Shown here one piece after another: positions 41,419 to 44,053 of a stretch of DNA of 44,053 bases (positions within the stretch are counted from its first letter, which is position 1; each line of letters begins with the position of its first letter). Source of the DNA: a virus; IMG/VR virus record IMGVR_UViG_3300046721_000236; one strand, written 5' to 3'. The notes below the pieces were generated by a model. The model was given only the letters and a program-made list of their open reading frames with translations, was not told the DNA's origin and did not search any database. Both the position numbers and the translations under genes were made by a program.

Positions 41419-41514
41419 AGGAAGTGGCTAAGTTCTTACCCTGCACTATCTGTGGGCCGTTCGTGCTACGCTCTCCCCACAATTACGAGTGTTGCGCCTG
41501 CAATTCAACCTGTT

Positions 41515-41796
41515 ATGACCATAGAGGCTGGGTGGGTAAGCCTACTCTTACTCACCGGCGGCTTGGCGCTTCAAGGCTTATTCTGGGTGTTTACGCAGGG
41601 GCAGGTGGCGAAGGATCTCGCCAAACTGAACGACCGCTTCGATGATGCCAGCGAGCGCAGCAGTCGTCAGATGAGTGAGATTCAAAAGAAAATCGGGGAA
41701 CTGGAATTAAAGAATGGCGAAATCGAGGCGCATCTGACGTATGTCGATCGCAACATCACGCGGCTGGAACAACGCCGAAGTGTGAGGAGTGAATAA
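41515..41796 (+). CDS. TM plus coiled-coil protein (93 aa), candidate lysis-cassette member
   Basis: Internal ATG of track ORF 41119..41796. MTIEAGWVSLLLLTGGLALQGLFWVF then a coiled coil. The upstream part of the track ORF overlaps minus-strand genes. Confidence 0.5.
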   Translation: MTIEAGWVSLLLLTGGLALQGLFWVFTQGQVAKDLAKLNDRFDDASERSSRQMSEIQKKIGELELKNGEIEAHLTYVDRNITRLEQRRSVRSE

Positions 41797-42879
41797 ATGG
41801 CCTATGTCGTCTGGCACGTGCAAGACCCGGAGGGCAAGCCGATCGGCGGCGCCGTCGTCAGCGGGAAATCGACCATGATGGGCGACTGGTCTTCCGTGAC
41901 AAATGCCTGCGGCGATTGCAAAACGACGCTCGGCGCGGCGACGTATGACATGACGTTCGAGGCGTATGGCTTCGTGACGCGCCTCTATCCGGCCACGATT
42001 GGCGACAGCGGCGAAGTCGTCACGGGTCTGGAGCGTGGAGCCGTCGACCCTTTTAAGCCTGCCCCGCGCTTCTGGGCCGCGAATATGTGCGGCATCCGAA
42101 TCCCGGGGCTGCCTCCCGTGCCTGGTGGTGCGGCTGATCCGTCGCTGCTGCTCTCGTGGTTCTATGACCGCTATGACACGGGCTGGCGCGCGGCGATTCG
42201 CGGACAATGGCAAGTCAAGGACTACACGCATGTGTTGCTCTCCTGGCCGGACAGCCACGCGCAAGGGGCCACGCCGGAATCCTTCTTGGCCACCTGCAAA
42301 GAGTTAATCGACGATGGGTTCTATCCGTGTGTGATGCTCAGCTCGAAGGACTTCGATAGCACCTACGATACGCCGACGCTCGTCGACAACCTCACGCCTG
42401 TGATCAATGCGCTCGTGGGCACCGTGCCGATGTTTTGTATTGGGTGGGAACTATCGATCTGGCGCACGCCGACGCAAGTGCAGGAGATGATCAACGCGCT
42501 CAGTCCGCTCTGCATGGCGCAGGCGGGCACGCTCGTGTATGTGCATTTTCAGGAGGGGTATCCGAGCTTCCAACAGCCCGGGGGCGTCGTGGCCGATTTC
42601 TGGAATCCGAATGTTGGCAAGCTGACGGGCCTGCTCTATCAGAAGCGGATCGCACAGACCGATGCCGAATTTCTCGATAGCATCAATGATTGTCTCGAAC
42701 GCTTCGCGGGCGGCTGGGGCATGGTGGCCGGCTTTGATTTCGTCGCACTCGAGCTGACCGCGATGACGCAGTTTAATGGCTCATGCAGCGAAGCGGAAGG
42801 CAATCGGGTCGGGCGGCTGGCCATCAATGCGCCCGCGGTCAATGGCACGAAGGTGAGCGGCAGCGGCAACGGACACTAG
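41797..42879 (+). CDS. Prealbumin-like N-terminal domain plus a putative TIM-barrel glycoside-hydrolase-like domain (endolysin candidate)
   Basis: The N-terminus VWHVQDPEGKPIGGAVVSG fits a CarboxypepD_reg-like pattern. Then ...THVLLSWPD...FYPCVMLSS...FCIGWELS.... Flanked by small membrane-protein genes. No canonical lysozyme or amidase motif recognised. Confidence 0.35.
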   Translation: MAYVVWHVQDPEGKPIGGAVVSGKSTMMGDWSSVTNACGDCKTTLGAATYDMTFEAYGFVTRLYPATIGDSGEVVTGLERGAVDPFKPAPRFWAANMCGIRIPGLPPVPGGAADPSLLLSWFYDRYDTGWRAAIRGQWQVKDYTHVLLSWPDSHAQGATPESFLATCKELIDDGFYPCVMLSSKDFDSTYDTPTLVDNLTPVINALVGTVPMFCIGWELSIWRTPTQVQEMINALSPLCMAQAGTLVYVHFQEGYPSFQQPGGVVADFWNPNVGKLTGLLYQKRIAQTDAEFLDSINDCLERFAGGWGMVAGFDFVALELTAMTQFNGSCSEAEGNRVGRLAINAPAVNGTKVSGSGNGH

Positions 42880-42887
42880 GAGGCGGT

Positions 42888-43022
42888 ATGGCCAGTCTGA
42901 GTGAAATTCTCCAAATCATTACGCTCGTGCGCGACATCATCACGGCGTTGAGCGGCATGGGCCTGAAAGTTAATGGCGAAGTGCACATTGACCAGATTTT
43001 GGCGCTGATCCCCAAGCCATGA
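42888..43022 (+). CDS. Small protein (44 aa)
   Basis: GGAGG at 42879-42883 precedes ATG 42888. MASLSEILQIITLVRDIITALSGMGLKVNGEVHIDQILALIPKP. Confidence 0.45.
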   Translation: MASLSEILQIITLVRDIITALSGMGLKVNGEVHIDQILALIPKP

Positions 43023-43279
43023 TGCAAGCCTTTTCGGCGTTCATCCGCACGGAGCCCGTGCGCGCCATGGCGATTCTCAATGCGATCATCGTCGTCGCCG
43101 TGGCATTTGGCGCGAAGTTGACCCTCCCGCAAATTTCTGCGATTGGCGCACTGGCCGCGGCGATCTTCGGCGTTGGGAGTCAAATCACGCGCGGCCAAGT
43201 GCAGCCGATTGCGAAGATGGCACCCGCACAAGCCGTGCAAGTGCTGGAACAAGCGAAGACCGAAGAAACCAAGCCATAG
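43019..43279 (+). CDS. Two-TM small membrane protein (holin candidate)
   Basis: ATGA overlap. AMAILNAIIVVAVAFGA and ISAIGALAAAIFGVG hydrophobic segments, with a charged C-terminus. Confidence 0.5.
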   Translation: MMQAFSAFIRTEPVRAMAILNAIIVVAVAFGAKLTLPQISAIGALAAAIFGVGSQITRGQVQPIAKMAPAQAVQVLEQAKTEETKP

Positions 43280-43282
43280 CAC

Positions 43283-43312
43283 TTGCTATAGGCATATCGC
43301 ACGTGCTAGCCT
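43283..43312 (+). promoter_or_regulatory. Candidate sigma70-type promoter for the RHH gene (leaderless geometry)
   Basis: TTGCTA-18 nt-(TGc)TAGCCT. The -10 ends 7 nt before ATG 43320 and no SD is present. Confidence 0.4.
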
Positions 43313-43319
43313 GTGCGAT

Positions 43320-43478
43320 ATGCCGAAACCTGCCGAGACGCACGTCCTCTATTTACGCAAATTCCCTAAGGATTTGTCGCAACGCCTGAAGATCGAGGCG
43401 GCGATCCGTGGCTGCACAATTCCGCATGCCTTGGCGCTGATTCTTCGGGAATATTTCAAGCTTGCTAAAAGTGCTTGA
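43320..43478 (+). CDS. Ribbon-helix-helix (Arc/MetJ/CopG-type) transcriptional regulator (52 aa)
   Basis: MPKPAETHVLYLRKFPKDLSQRLKIEAAIRGCTIPHALALILREYFKLAKSA has a beta-strand/helix/helix layout typical of RHH proteins. It is flanked by TGCTAG/TTGCTA repeats. Confidence 0.6.
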   Translation: MPKPAETHVLYLRKFPKDLSQRLKIEAAIRGCTIPHALALILREYFKLAKSA

Positions 43479-43503
43479 CATGGCTAGCTAGTGCTAGTAA
43501 ACT
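43475..43503 (+). promoter_or_regulatory. Consensus-like sigma70 promoter TTGACA-17 nt-TAAACT feeding the plus-strand early genes
   Basis: TTGACA at 43475-43480 overlaps the RHH stop codon. The spacer tggctagctagtgctag contains CTAGCTAG and GTGCTAG. TAAACT at 43498-43503 ends 6 nt before ATG 43510. Confidence 0.6.
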
Positions 43504-43509
43504 CCTCTT

Positions 43510-43758
43510 ATGGACAACATTTCAAAGCACCTGTTCGCCACCCTCACGGCGCTGTCGCGGGCCGAAGCGGCGATGGTCGCCCCCAGCCGCCCGCGTTATG
43601 CGGTGCGCCTCACGTCTGGCATCTACGCCAGCCCGAATCGGCATTGGACGCAGGACACGACGCACGCGCAGCGATTTGACCTCATCACGTCGGCGAATAT
43701 CTACGCCGTCAACGAGCTGGGCCTCGAACTGGACGATTTCACCGTGGAGGTGTTATGA
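43510..43758 (+). CDS. Hypothetical protein (82 aa), probably translated from a leaderless mRNA
   Basis: ORF track. No SD, and the ATG sits at the expected transcription start of the upstream promoter. Confidence 0.5.
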   Translation: MDNISKHLFATLTALSRAEAAMVAPSRPRYAVRLTSGIYASPNRHWTQDTTHAQRFDLITSANIYAVNELGLELDDFTVEVL

Positions 43759-43940
43759 GCCGCTGGAGTCAGGAACCCAACGCTGACGACGACAATGCGC
43801 TGAGCCCTGAGCGCGAAGAGCCCAACTGCGAAACCTGCGGCGAACCGGCCAACGAGGCTATCTGGGCTGGCAACGGGCAGTATGCGTTCTGCTCTGACAA
43901 GTGCCGCGATGACTACTTCAAAGCCCTGGAGGAGTTGTGA
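43755..43940 (+). CDS. FCS/TRASH-type zinc-finger protein (61 aa)
   Basis: CETCGEP...YAFCSDKCRDDYF. ATGA overlap upstream. The stop lies inside the terminal repeat. Confidence 0.5.
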   Translation: MSRWSQEPNADDDNALSPEREEPNCETCGEPANEAIWAGNGQYAFCSDKCRDDYFKALEEL

Positions 43941-44053
43941 TCCGCATCGGCCACCGCATGCCGTGGCTGGACATTGCCATCATCGTGGCCATGGGGCTGA
44001 TGCTCGGCGTGGCGATTGGCCTGTTCCTGATGGGCGGCTGGCGATGATGGCCG
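43927..44053. repeat. Terminal direct repeat copy B (identical to 1..127)
   Basis: Exact 127-bp identity with the window start. Confidence 0.95.

Noticed and set aside
39450-41514. tRNA or tmRNA genes in the few non-coding gaps (39450-39698, 40653-40751, 41419-41514, 43280-43319, 28938-28992).
   Set aside because: None of these gaps shows a cloverleaf-compatible arrangement or a conserved GTTCGAATC-type T-loop.
43320-43758. The RHH gene plus the following 82-aa ORF as a toxin-antitoxin pair.
   Set aside because: A strong promoter separates the two genes, and the 82-aa protein shows no RelE/ParE/CcdB-like features. A regulator-plus-target-promoter reading is simpler.

Overview
The window looks like a complete, circularly assembled genome of a tailed dsDNA phage, about 43.9 kb and roughly 60% GC by eye. 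Bases 1-127 are repeated exactly at 43927-44053, giving a unit length of 43926 bp. All family calls come from motifs read by eye in the translations; no searches were run. One long, tightly coupled minus-strand gene array (41418 down to 5240, many ATGA/GTGA stop-start overlaps) encodes the following, in order: a PD-(D/E)xK nuclease; a RepA/DnaB-like RecA-fold ATPase; an iteron-rich gap; putative TerS; TerL; a P22-type portal; an ART-like protein; Ig-like proteins; scaffold; a P22-type coat protein. Then come two syntenic appendage cassettes of about 6 kb carrying different carbohydrate-active enzymes (GH30; IPT/TIG plus beta-helix; beta-helix), followed by an adaptor candidate, a P22 gp10-like protein, a GNAT, ejection-protein candidates and fibre proteins. 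The plus strand (41515 across the junction to 5243) carries a candidate lysis cassette, an RHH regulator with consensus-like promoters in leaderless geometry, a FEN-type 5'-3' exonuclease fused to a RecT-like domain, a C5-methyltransferase-like protein with a degenerate SAM motif, and Cys-rich proteins. It also carries two paralogous genes studded with a repeated element read in frame as (L/A)DTEG(D/E). I saw no tRNA, rRNA, CRISPR array, integrase, DNA polymerase, primase or reverse transcriptase. The most unusual items are the DTEG element, the GGGAACG iteron and palindrome array next to the ATPase gene, and the duplicated appendage-cassette architecture with a conserved gene junction. Also notable are two ART-like virion-module proteins, several Sec-type signal peptides in the tail region, and a plus-strand small membrane gene lying antisense inside the late operon.
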